Source of the DNA: a virus
Lineage: Duplodnaviria; Caudoviricetes
Direction: 5' to 3' (one strand)
IMG/VR virus record: IMGVR_UViG_3300024344_003081
DNA length: 64,000 bases
The translations under genes were made by a program, and so were the position numbers. Below, piece by piece: positions 38,746-47,520 of this stretch (its first letter is position 1; every line of letters starts with the position of its first letter). The notes beneath the pieces are model-generated. The model did no database searches. It was given only the letters and a program-made list of their open reading frames with translations, and was not told the origin of the DNA.

Positions 38746-39493
38746 CATATATTTTGTTTATTCATTTATTAAAAGACTTGCAACTCCTTTTAAGAATACA
38801 AAAGCCTTTGAGTTGGGAATAATAGATGAAAATGGAAAAATTCTTAAAAAAAGAAGTAAATTAAAAACCAAAGAAGAAAAAGAAGCATATACATTGTCAG
38901 ATACATTGGTTTTTAATTTAAAAAAAGTTTTAGCGAAAGTTCCTGGTGGATCAACAAAATTTGCTTCTTTTGCGGCGGCTTTATTTCTAATGAAAGAAGA
39001 AAATAAAAATGCAAAATTATACTATGATCAAACATTTTTAGAAAAAGAATATACATTATTTTTACAAGAATGTAAATATAATAAAAAAGAAATGAATCAA
39101 TTAATAGAAGAAGTTGAACGTAGAGAAGAGGAATTAAATGAAGATGGATTGGCCGCTGGCGGTGGTGCTATTGCAGGACTTGGTGTAGAAAATCCTTCTA
39201 TTCCAGGACAAGCAGAACCAGGAGTTAAGAGGAAGAAGAAAATAAAAAAAGGAAGTAAGTTTGCTGGTTCAGAAGTTTTTATGGTTAAACCAGAAACTTT
39301 TATGAGAGCAAGATATGGTAAGCGCCGTTATGCTAAATATGAACAGTATGTAGGCAATGATGAAGTTGGAGAAGCAATTAGACAATATGGAAGAGCCAAT
39401 CCAGGTAAACCTATTATTTTACAAGATGAGTTAACGGGTTCTATGATTTATCTTAAATACGGGCGTAAAAATGCTAGATTTCACAACATTTAG
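38720..39493 (+). CDS. Conserved T4-like hypothetical protein
   Basis: FIKRLATPF..TKAFELGIIDENGK...LVFNLKK. Confidence 0.7.
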   Translation: MGLASAAGNIYFVYSFIKRLATPFKNTKAFELGIIDENGKILKKRSKLKTKEEKEAYTLSDTLVFNLKKVLAKVPGGSTKFASFAAALFLMKEENKNAKLYYDQTFLEKEYTLFLQECKYNKKEMNQLIEEVERREEELNEDGLAAGGGAIAGLGVENPSIPGQAEPGVKRKKKIKKGSKFAGSEVFMVKPETFMRARYGKRRYAKYEQYVGNDEVGEAIRQYGRANPGKPIILQDELTGSMIYLKYGRKNARFHNI

Positions 39494-39797
39494 AGAACAA
39501 ACATCTTATCATGAAGAAATAGATGCTCTTGCAGAAAAATATGATATTAATCATAAAATTGCAAGTAAAGTAAAAGAAGAATTGGTTAAGAGAAATATAA
39601 ATATTAGTGATACTGAAACTATTTCTTCTATTATTAGAATGTTTAAGTTGAGAGAAGAACCAAAAAGTAAAAAACAATTACGAGCAGAAGAAAAACGGGG
39701 AAATTTGGATTATCTTTTAAATCAATTCAAAGATGATAAGACAAAAAAACAAGATATTAATGATAAATTCAAATCAATTTTTGTGGGAGTAAAATGA
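39471..39797 (+). CDS. Hypothetical protein
   Basis: Coupled ORF. Confidence 0.55.
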   Translation: MLDFTTFREQTSYHEEIDALAEKYDINHKIASKVKEELVKRNINISDTETISSIIRMFKLREEPKSKKQLRAEEKRGNLDYLLNQFKDDKTKKQDINDKFKSIFVGVK

Positions 39798-40426
39798 TAG
39801 CAAGAGACACACTTACAATACAGAATCATACAGAAGGAGATGGAACTGCCGCCAGATTAACTAATATTGCGTTTCAAGGATGGTCTGATGGAGAAGATTC
39901 TGCTAATGATTATTTTAAGGGGTTTGGTTCAACTACATTTACTGGAAGTGGTTTAGATGATCTTACATATGGTGGAGCTTATAATTCAACTGCTGTCAGA
40001 ACTTATCGAGTGAAAATTGATGCGGCGGCCGCTACTGACACATATACTTGGTCAGAAGACGGAGGATCAACATGGGAAGCGACTGGTGTTGCAATGACAG
40101 GATCTGCACAAGAATTAAATAAAGGAATAACTGTTACATTTGCCGCAACAACTGGTCATACATTAAATGAATATTGGGAGATTACTACAATTATAACAAC
40201 AACTGCTATGCATAAATTGGGCGAAATAGTTGTTGATCATGAAGGAACTTCTGCTGATGATAAAGGAGAGTTGGTTGTAAAAACAAATAATGGATCAGGA
40301 GTAAATACAATTCAAACTTATCACTCTAATGGCGATGCAACTTTTTCTGCAAAATGTTATAATTCTGATGGGGCACATGGTTTGATAACAATTAGAGACA
40401 CTAGCGGAACGATTGTTAATACATGA
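39794..40426 (+). CDS. Putative structural protein
   Basis: Thr/Gly-rich beta-type composition; WSEDGGSTW motif. Confidence 0.5.
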   Translation: MIARDTLTIQNHTEGDGTAARLTNIAFQGWSDGEDSANDYFKGFGSTTFTGSGLDDLTYGGAYNSTAVRTYRVKIDAAAATDTYTWSEDGGSTWEATGVAMTGSAQELNKGITVTFAATTGHTLNEYWEITTIITTTAMHKLGEIVVDHEGTSADDKGELVVKTNNGSGVNTIQTYHSNGDATFSAKCYNSDGAHGLITIRDTSGTIVNT

Positions 40427-40497
40427 AATAATGAAAAAACTAAATATTTCTACCACTGAATTTATTGCGATGATCATTCAAAGTTTAAAAAGGTAAA

Positions 40498-40815
40498 ATG
40501 GTAAACAATAAATTCGAAAAATATTTCGTAGGTCCAATAAGTGCCGCTACTATAGCTATAGTTGGTTGGAGTCTCATTAATATTATAGAATTAAAAGAAG
40601 ATACTGCTATACTAAAAACTGATATAAAACATCTAGTAAAAGCGGTTGATAAAAATACACAAGCATTAACTAGATTATCTGATCAAATAGCTTATTCCTC
40701 CCCAACCTATCATGATGATTCTTTTGATATTGCAGATACTTTAGCTTTAAATAAAGATGTAAGTCCAGCTACACTTGAAAATAGAGATTGGGGATCAAAT
40801 GAGTCAACTGAGTGA
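40498..40815 (+). CDS. Hypothetical membrane-anchored coiled-coil protein
   Basis: N-terminal TM segment followed by a coiled coil. Confidence 0.55.
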   Translation: MVNNKFEKYFVGPISAATIAIVGWSLINIIELKEDTAILKTDIKHLVKAVDKNTQALTRLSDQIAYSSPTYHDDSFDIADTLALNKDVSPATLENRDWGSNESTE

Positions 40816-40960
40816 AAATGAACAAAAAGTTTATAAATTAGTTACATCTATAAAAAATAAAAATAAAGTTAAAGACTTATCTCCAATTTATAATTATGCT
40901 TATCAATTGAATGTATCCGATGAATCAATCCAAAAAATATTATCATTAGCCTCTTGGTGA
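40799..40960 (+). CDS. Small hypothetical protein
   Basis: MSQLSENEQ...LSLASW*. Confidence 0.45.
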   Translation: MSQLSENEQKVYKLVTSIKNKNKVKDLSPIYNYAYQLNVSDESIQKILSLASW

Positions 40961-40989
40961 TTGACTTTCCTAATTAAATCTGATATAAT
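40961..40989 (+). promoter_or_regulatory. sigma70-type promoter of the primase
   Basis: TTGACT-17 nt-TGn-TATAAT. Confidence 0.75.
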
Positions 40990-41019
40990 TTTAATAAAAC
41001 TTTAATTCCTTCGGGTATT

Positions 41020-42021
41020 ATGTCCATTTATATTGATGTAAAATATTTGAATCTGTTATCTAATCGTCTTCCGATATTTAAGCAAAAAAGAGAATTTCTT
41101 TGGAATTTTCGATGTCCTATCTGTGGTGATTCTCAAAAAAAATCAACAAAAGCTAGAGGATATATTCATAGAAAAGATAATGATCTTTTTTATAAATGCC
41201 ATAATTGTGGAGTAGGAAAATCTTTTTCAAATTTTTTGAAAGAGTTAGATGTAAGACTGCACTCTGAATATATTATGGAAAGATATAAGACGGGGGAGAA
41301 TAAATTTAGTAATTATCAAGAGCCCGAATTTAAATTTGAAACTCCAAAATTTCAAAAAATTGATTTAAATATTCCTTGTGTGAAAGATTTAGAGGATGAA
41401 CATTTTTGTAAACAGTATGTGAAATCTAGAAATATTGAAGTCACTAAATACAAGTATCTTTATTTCGCACAAGATTTTAAAAAGTGGGTTGAAAGTTTAA
41501 ATCTTGATATAAATTATGAATTAATAGAAGATGATCCTAGATTAGTCATACCTTTTTTTGATAAAGATTATAATTTGATTGCCGCTCAAGGAAGATCATT
41601 GAGAGGAAAATCTAAATTAAGATATGTTACAATAAAAATTAAAGAAAATGCTCCCAAAATTTTTGGGTTGAATACATGGGACGAAAATAAAACGACATAT
41701 ATAGTCGAAGGTCCGATAGATTCTTTATTTGTAGAAAATTCTCTTGCTATGGCCGGTGCTGATTTATCTGCATATAGAAAAATGTTTGATAATATTGATG
41801 TAGTATTCATTTATGATAATGAGAAAAGAAATAAAGAAATTGTTAAAAAGATGGACAGAATAATTGCAAATAACCAGAAAATAGTTATTTGGCCAAGACA
41901 TGTGATACAAAAAGACATTAATGATATGATTTTAAATAATGTAGATGTTATGAATATTATTGAACATAATACCTATCAAGGATTAACTGCAAAAACAAAA
42001 TTATTGGAATTTAAATTATGA
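41020..42021 (+). CDS. gp61: DNA primase gp61
   Basis: Zn-binding CPICGDS...CHNC; TOPRIM VEGPIDS, DNE, DIND. Confidence 0.95.
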   Translation: MSIYIDVKYLNLLSNRLPIFKQKREFLWNFRCPICGDSQKKSTKARGYIHRKDNDLFYKCHNCGVGKSFSNFLKELDVRLHSEYIMERYKTGENKFSNYQEPEFKFETPKFQKIDLNIPCVKDLEDEHFCKQYVKSRNIEVTKYKYLYFAQDFKKWVESLNLDINYELIEDDPRLVIPFFDKDYNLIAAQGRSLRGKSKLRYVTIKIKENAPKIFGLNTWDENKTTYIVEGPIDSLFVENSLAMAGADLSAYRKMFDNIDVVFIYDNEKRNKEIVKKMDRIIANNQKIVIWPRHVIQKDINDMILNNVDVMNIIEHNTYQGLTAKTKLLEFKL

Positions 42022-42854
42022 TAAGTGAAAAACAAGTGCATAAGCACGGTTTTGTGAAATTGTTAGAAGTGATGGGTAGTGATGAAGAAGTTGAAAATGC
42101 CGCAAGAATTAGTTACGGAACTGGCACACGAAAAACAAGTCAAACAAGAAATCTAATTCGATATTTAATGCGCCATCAACACACATCACCATTTGAGATG
42201 TGTGAAGTGAAGTTTCATTTGAAGCTACCGATATTTGTAATGAGACAAATTGTTAGACATAGAACTGCTAATATAAATGAATATTCAGGTCGTTATTCTA
42301 TTATGAGTGACGAATTTTATTTGCCTGCGGAAAAAGATGTACACGAACAATCAAAACAAAATAATCAAGGTCGAGGAACAGAATTAGATGAAGACAACAA
42401 ACAGCTTGTCCTTGGACGGATGTATGATGTTAATGAACATGCAAAAGGTTGTTACAGACAAATTTCACAGCCTAATGATTTAGATGGATTTTATGAAGGA
42501 TTTAAAGGAATTGCTAGGGAATTAGCAAGAGTAATTTTACCAGTTTCGAATTATACAGAATGTATCTGGAAAATAGATTTAAATAATTTCTTTAAATTTT
42601 GTAATTTGAGAATGGATTCTCATACACAACAAGAAACAAGAGATTATGCAGAAGCAATGTATGAATTAGTAGAACCAAAGTTTTCCATATGCTGTGAAGC
42701 ATTTGAAGATTATATGTTTAATTCTGTAACTTTTTCGCAGAAAGAAATGAAAATTATAAAAGACAATTTAAACGGTAGTTGGGTTATGTCTAAGTATGGA
42801 TTGTCTGAACGAGAATCAAAAGAATTTTTAGAAAAACTGAAAGGAGTTGAATAA
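42018..42854 (+). CDS. thyX: Flavin-dependent thymidylate synthase
   Basis: HTSPFE, RQIVRHRTANINEYSGRY, LRMDSHTQQETR. Confidence 0.95.
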   Translation: MISEKQVHKHGFVKLLEVMGSDEEVENAARISYGTGTRKTSQTRNLIRYLMRHQHTSPFEMCEVKFHLKLPIFVMRQIVRHRTANINEYSGRYSIMSDEFYLPAEKDVHEQSKQNNQGRGTELDEDNKQLVLGRMYDVNEHAKGCYRQISQPNDLDGFYEGFKGIARELARVILPVSNYTECIWKIDLNNFFKFCNLRMDSHTQQETRDYAEAMYELVEPKFSICCEAFEDYMFNSVTFSQKEMKIIKDNLNGSWVMSKYGLSERESKEFLEKLKGVE

Positions 42855-44785
42855 TGCCTCTACCCACCGAATATCAATCTTTTATACATTTATCAAGATA
42901 TGCAAGATGGAATTATGATCTTAAAAGACGGGAAACTTGGGAAGAAACGGTTGATAGATATTTAAATTTTTTTAAAGAACACTTAAAAGACAAACATAAT
43001 TTTGATCTTGATAATGGATTAGAGGCAGATTTACGAAAAGGAATTACAAATCTTGATGTAATGCCTTCTATGAGATGTTTAATGACTGCAGGAGAAGCCC
43101 TTAAAAAAGAAAATATTGCAGGATATAATTGTTCTTATGTTAAAGTAGACTGTCCACGTTCATTTGATGAAATTCTTTATGTTTTGATGAATGGAACAGG
43201 TGTAGGATTTTCAGTTGAAGAAGAATATGTTAATCAGCTTCCAGAATTACCAGAAGAATTTTATGAAACAGATACGACAATTATAGTTGCAGATTCTAAA
43301 CTTGGTTGGGCTAAAGCATATAAAGAATTACTGTCATTGTTATGGCAAGGACAAATTCCAAAATGGGATTTATCTAATGTAAGACCTGCAGGATCTCCTC
43401 TCAAAACATTTGGAGGAAGAGCATCGGGTCCAGAGCCATTGGAAGACCTTTTTATGTTTACTATAAATACATTTCAGAGTGCTTTTGGAAGAAAATTAAA
43501 ATCAGTTGAAGCTCATGATATTGTATGTAAGATTGCAGAAATAGTTGTTGTAGGAGGTGTTCGTAGATCCGCTCTTATTAGTTTATCTAATCTTAATGAT
43601 GAATCAATGAGACATGCAAAATCAGGAAAATGGTGGGAAACAAATCCACAAAGAGCCCTTGCAAATAATTCTGTAAATTATAAAGAAAAACCAGATGTTG
43701 GTACTTTTATGAGAGAATGGTTATCTCTCTATGATTCTAAATCTGGAGAACGAGGAATTTATAACAGCCAAGCGGCTAAACATCAAGTAGAAAGGTTGAA
43801 TAGTGAAGAAAAAACCAGAAGAGAACCAAAAGAAGATTTTGGTACCAATCCGTGTAGCGAGATTATTCTTAGAAGCAGAGAATTCTGCAACCTTTCAGAA
43901 GTCGTGGTCAGAGGAGGGGACGATTCCAAATCTTTGGAAGAAAAAGTTCGAACTGCAACTATCCTTGGAACATTTCAATCAACCCTCACCAGTTTCAAAT
44001 ATCTCTCACGGGAATGGAAAAAGAATTGTGAAGAAGAGCGGCTTTTGGGGGTCTCCCTCACAGGAATAATGGATAATTCTTTGACAAATGGTAAAAAAGG
44101 TAATTTAGAAGATTTATTGGAGAATTTAAAAAATGTCGCAATTAAAACAAACAAAGAATTCTCAGAAAAACTCGGAATATCACAATCAGCCTCTATCACC
44201 TGTGTCAAGCCTTCTGGTACGGTTAGCCAGCTTGTCAACTCTGCTAGTGGTATACATGCTCGTCATAATCCATACTATATTAGAACGGTTCGTGCGGATA
44301 ATAAAGACCCCCTTTGTAAATTCATGAAAGATGCAGAATTTCCAAATGAACCAGATGTACTGAGACCTAAACATACAACTGTATTTTCATTTCCTACGAA
44401 GAGTCCAAAAAATGCAATATGTAGAACAGATATAACAGGAATTGAACAGTTAAAGATTTGGTCTACATATCAAAAACATTGGTGTGAACATAAACCTTCT
44501 GTTACTATTTCTGTTAAAGAACAAGAATGGCCAGAAATGGGAAATTGGGTTTGGAGCAATTTTGATGATATTAGTGGAATATCTTTTCTACCTTTTTCGG
44601 AGCATACATACAGACAAGCACCGTATCAAGATTGTACAGAAGAAGAATATACAATAGCATTAAAAGCAATGCCTAAAAATGTTGATTGGTCATTATTGTC
44701 TTCATATGAAGAAAAAGATTTTACTGTAGGATCACAGGAATTGGCTTGTGCCGCAGATGAAGGCTGTGAAGTAGTGGATTTATAA
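42854..44785 (+). CDS. nrdJ: Class II (adenosylcobalamin-dependent) ribonucleotide reductase
   Basis: MPSMR, YNCSY, GGVRRSALI, TNPCSEI, TCVKPSGTVSQL; C-terminal C-x4-C; no nrdB nearby. Confidence 0.88.
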   Translation: MPLPTEYQSFIHLSRYARWNYDLKRRETWEETVDRYLNFFKEHLKDKHNFDLDNGLEADLRKGITNLDVMPSMRCLMTAGEALKKENIAGYNCSYVKVDCPRSFDEILYVLMNGTGVGFSVEEEYVNQLPELPEEFYETDTTIIVADSKLGWAKAYKELLSLLWQGQIPKWDLSNVRPAGSPLKTFGGRASGPEPLEDLFMFTINTFQSAFGRKLKSVEAHDIVCKIAEIVVVGGVRRSALISLSNLNDESMRHAKSGKWWETNPQRALANNSVNYKEKPDVGTFMREWLSLYDSKSGERGIYNSQAAKHQVERLNSEEKTRREPKEDFGTNPCSEIILRSREFCNLSEVVVRGGDDSKSLEEKVRTATILGTFQSTLTSFKYLSREWKKNCEEERLLGVSLTGIMDNSLTNGKKGNLEDLLENLKNVAIKTNKEFSEKLGISQSASITCVKPSGTVSQLVNSASGIHARHNPYYIRTVRADNKDPLCKFMKDAEFPNEPDVLRPKHTTVFSFPTKSPKNAICRTDITGIEQLKIWSTYQKHWCEHKPSVTISVKEQEWPEMGNWVWSNFDDISGISFLPFSEHTYRQAPYQDCTEEEYTIALKAMPKNVDWSLLSSYEEKDFTVGSQELACAADEGCEVVDL

Positions 44786-45051
44786 TGTTAAAATACGAAA
44801 TAGATTTTAATAAAGGAAATTATGTTGTTGGACATTTTACTTTCAGAGAATGTGCAATGTGCGATAAAGCAAAGTCTTTATTAGATAAACATAAAAAACA
44901 ATACATGTTCATTCAAGCAGATAAGAAACTGTTTGGTAAAATATTGTCAGTTACAGGAAGTAAAAAGGTTCCTCAGATTTTTTTGGAAGGTAAGGTTTAT
45001 CTGACTGTAGGAGAATTAGAGGAAGCATTAGACAAAAATGGAGATATCTGA
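44785..45051 (+). CDS. Glutaredoxin
   Basis: CAMC active site; KVPQIF. Confidence 0.8.
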   Translation: MLKYEIDFNKGNYVVGHFTFRECAMCDKAKSLLDKHKKQYMFIQADKKLFGKILSVTGSKKVPQIFLEGKVYLTVGELEEALDKNGDI

Positions 45052-45190
45052 AAAAATTGAATGTACATTTTGTTCAAAAATGTACGAAGTTATTATTCAT
45101 GAAGAAGACGAAGAAAAAGTACAATTTTGTTCTTATTGTGGAGAGATGATAGAACTACAAGAAGAGGACGATGATAACTGGGATACATGA
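45038..45190 (+). CDS. Small zinc-ribbon protein (50 aa, missing from ORF track)
   Basis: MEISEKIECTFCSK...FCSYCGE...DDDNWDT*; two CxxC motifs. Confidence 0.65.
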   Translation: MEISEKIECTFCSKMYEVIIHEEDEEKVQFCSYCGEMIELQEEDDDNWDT

Positions 45191-45752
45191 TTTGCATGTG
45201 GGAATTGATTATTCACTAACCAGTCCAGCAGTAACAGAATGTGATGGTGAATGGAAATATGAAAACATTAAACATTATTGTTTAGCGAAAAACGGTAGAC
45301 AACTTGATAGATGGGGTTCTTTACATAATATTCAAATCACGGAATATCCTAAATATAACACAGAGATGGAAAGATATTTAGGACTATCTTCTTGGGTAAT
45401 AGAATGTATTGTAAAATATGCTAAAAGACCCAAAATAGTCTATATTGAAGATTATGCCTATGCCGCAAGCGGACAAAGAGTTTTACAAATTGCGGAAAAT
45501 ATGGCAATTTTAAAACATACTTTACTCAATTATAAACTGAGGTATGAAATGATACCTCCTACAGTAATTAAAAAATACGCATCCGATAAGGGAAACGCAA
45601 ATAAAGAATTAATGTATGATTCTTTTGTGTCTGACACACAGAGAGAACTTACAAAAGAATTTCAGACAAAGTGTGATAAAAATCCCATTTCAGATATAGT
45701 TGACTCTTATTGGATTTGCAAATACGGATACGAAAATGGCACAAATACCTGA
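45171..45752 (+). CDS. RuvC-like RNase H-fold nuclease (resolvase-like)
   Basis: VGIDYSLTSP, IEDY, PPTVIKK..GNANK, SDIVDSYWI. Confidence 0.7.
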   Translation: MITGIHDLHVGIDYSLTSPAVTECDGEWKYENIKHYCLAKNGRQLDRWGSLHNIQITEYPKYNTEMERYLGLSSWVIECIVKYAKRPKIVYIEDYAYAASGQRVLQIAENMAILKHTLLNYKLRYEMIPPTVIKKYASDKGNANKELMYDSFVSDTQRELTKEFQTKCDKNPISDIVDSYWICKYGYENGTNT

Positions 45753-46101
45753 TGAATATGCTAGTTTTGACTTCGGTTTTTCCGCAGTAGATGATGAAGA
45801 ATATAAAGCAAAAACTACAGAAGTAGAAAAAAAGATTGAACAAGTAGAAGCAAAATCAAAAGATTTTTCGGCATTAGAAAAGAAAATAGATTCTGCTATT
45901 AAAGAAATCGGTTATAAAAAAGATTATTTAGAAGAAAAATATGTAGAAGATATGAGCAAAATTGAACAATTAATTTTACCTCTTTTATATAATCTTATGA
46001 AAAATCCAGATAAGGATTATATTTATTGGCCGAATCGTGAAGAAATTATTACTAAACAAATAGAAAAAATTAAAGATGTGACTCAAGATTTATCTAAATA
46101 G
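45736..46101 (+). CDS. Conserved hypothetical protein
   Basis: FDFGFSAVD...LILPLLYNL.KNPDKDYIYWPNR. Confidence 0.65.
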   Translation: MAQIPDEYASFDFGFSAVDDEEYKAKTTEVEKKIEQVEAKSKDFSALEKKIDSAIKEIGYKKDYLEEKYVEDMSKIEQLILPLLYNLMKNPDKDYIYWPNREEIITKQIEKIKDVTQDLSK

Positions 46102-46104
46102 TTT

Positions 46105-46445
46105 TATCGATGATACTGTAGAGTAGCATTTAAGACATCGGTGCGATTCCGATCAGCTCCACCAAAGGAACATCAATGAGTAGTGCAGATATGGCCATAT
46201 TAGTAGTATTAATTGTAATTGGCATAATTATGACGGGAACTTATTTTTATTTTGGTGGGTGATTCTTTGGAGGGGCTGTAATAGAATTCGATTGGATGTG
46301 ATTATACAGAGGAGATCATCTTGACAGATGTAAAATGTCATTTAAATTAATCGCAAATAATAACGATTATTATTCAGCACAAGTGGCATTAGCCGCTTAA
46401 TCGCTGGCGGGCTTATGATTGTGCCTTGGAACAGAAACAATCAGA
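46105..46445 (+). ncRNA. ssrA: Circularly permuted (two-piece) tmRNA: acceptor piece ~46105-46164, coding piece 46272-~46445, tag ANNNDYYSAQVALAA at 46353-46400
   Basis: T-arm ATCGG-TGCGATT-CCGAT and CAGCTCC-A-CCA (to 46164) lie upstream of GGGGCTG (46272); acceptor stem has the G3:U70 alanine pair; tag ends LAA*; outer boundaries approximate. Confidence 0.9.
46176..46262 (+). CDS. 28-aa single-TM peptide inside the tmRNA intervening segment
   Basis: AAGGAA RBS; MSSADMAILVVLIVIGIIMTGTYFYFGG*. Confidence 0.55.
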   Translation: MSSADMAILVVLIVIGIIMTGTYFYFGG

Positions 46446-46464
46446 CACACACAACACACACACA
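46445..46464 (+). repeat. AC-dinucleotide-rich tract before an RBS
   Basis: ACACACACAACACACACACA then TAAGGAG. Confidence 0.8.
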
Positions 46465-46476
46465 TAAGGAGAAAAT

Positions 46477-46704
46477 ATGTCTAATCCATATGAATTAAGA
46501 TTTAGACTTTTAGAGATGGCTTCTGGTTATCTTTATGATCAACAGCAAAAACAAACACAATTCGCTATTGATGCATGGGAATTTGCAAAAGAAGAAGGTA
46601 CAGCAAATATGGAGTTGTTTAAAGACCTCCAACCCAAAAATTATACTATTGAAGACATAAAGAATAAAGCTACTGAACTTTATGAATTTGTTGAAAAAAA
46701 ATAA
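46477..46704 (+). CDS. Conserved small hypothetical protein
   Basis: MSNPYELRFRLLEMA...KATELYEFVEKK; strong RBS. Confidence 0.7.
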   Translation: MSNPYELRFRLLEMASGYLYDQQQKQTQFAIDAWEFAKEEGTANMELFKDLQPKNYTIEDIKNKATELYEFVEKK

Positions 46705-46747
46705 TTGGCGCACCCCATCTGTAATGGATGGGGTTCTTCAGGAGAAA

Positions 46748-47140
46748 ATGATCAGCTTAACAGAAAAAGCCGCTAGTAAAATATTAAGCATTATGAAAGA
46801 CCAAAAAGTATCTGGTGAGACAGTATTACGGGTTGGAGTTAAGGGCGGAGGATGTTCAGGATTTACTTATACAGTAGACTTTGATACTAGAAAAGGAAAG
46901 TTTGATTTAGAGTTTGAATCATATGGTTTAGGAATTTTATGTGACAAAAAGAGTCATCTATATATTAAAGGCACGGAAATTGATTGGTCAGATGATTTAA
47001 ATGATAGAGGATTAAAATTTAACAATCCTTCAGCTAAAGGTTCTTGTGGCTGTAGGACTTCTTTTATGTACGAACATACGGAGACTAAAACTGAAACAAC
47101 ACCTAATTGGATGGGAATGAACAATGCAGACTACTTGTGA
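46748..47140 (+). CDS. iscA: HesB/IscA A-type Fe-S carrier
   Basis: GGGCSGFTY...GTEID...FNNP..KGSCGCRTSF; RBS CAGGAG. Confidence 0.9.
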   Translation: MISLTEKAASKILSIMKDQKVSGETVLRVGVKGGGCSGFTYTVDFDTRKGKFDLEFESYGLGILCDKKSHLYIKGTEIDWSDDLNDRGLKFNNPSAKGSCGCRTSFMYEHTETKTETTPNWMGMNNADYL

Positions 47141-47519
47141 ATTAAAAATAACAGAAAAGGCCGCAGTAGAATTTAAACAAATGTGTATTGGTGAAGATAA
47201 ACATTGGGCGGATGCATATTTAAGAATAGGAGCAAATTCAGGCGGATGTTCTGGTTGGAAGTATAGTTTAGATTATGAAGATACAGTAGAGTCTACAGAT
47301 TTAATTTTCGAACAGCATGGTGTTAAATTAGTAGTAGACGAATACATTCTTAATGATATAATTGGTGATGTAGAAGTAGATTATAAAGTAGGAAATTTAG
47401 TAGAACAAGGATTTATATTTAAACGGCTCAAATTTGAGCATGTCTGTGGATGTGGAGAGAGTTTTACACCAGTAAAAGATATCCCTGCAGACGGTAAACA
47501 AAAATTAGGATGGAATTAA
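47124..47519 (+). CDS. iscA: Second HesB/IscA-family Fe-S carrier
   Basis: ITEKAA...GGCSGWKY...CGCGESF. Confidence 0.85.
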   Translation: MQTTCELKITEKAAVEFKQMCIGEDKHWADAYLRIGANSGGCSGWKYSLDYEDTVESTDLIFEQHGVKLVVDEYILNDIIGDVEVDYKVGNLVEQGFIFKRLKFEHVCGCGESFTPVKDIPADGKQKLGWN

Positions 47520-47520
47520 T

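Noticed and set aside
20692-44785. Introns or inteins in gp43, gp41, thyX or nrdJ
   Set aside because: ORFs are continuous and of expected length, with no intein or homing-endonuclease motifs
46136-46164. Stand-alone tRNA gene
   Set aside because: Only a T-arm and acceptor 3' strand; no D or anticodon arm; explained by the permuted tmRNA. I saw no complete tRNA elsewhere in the window
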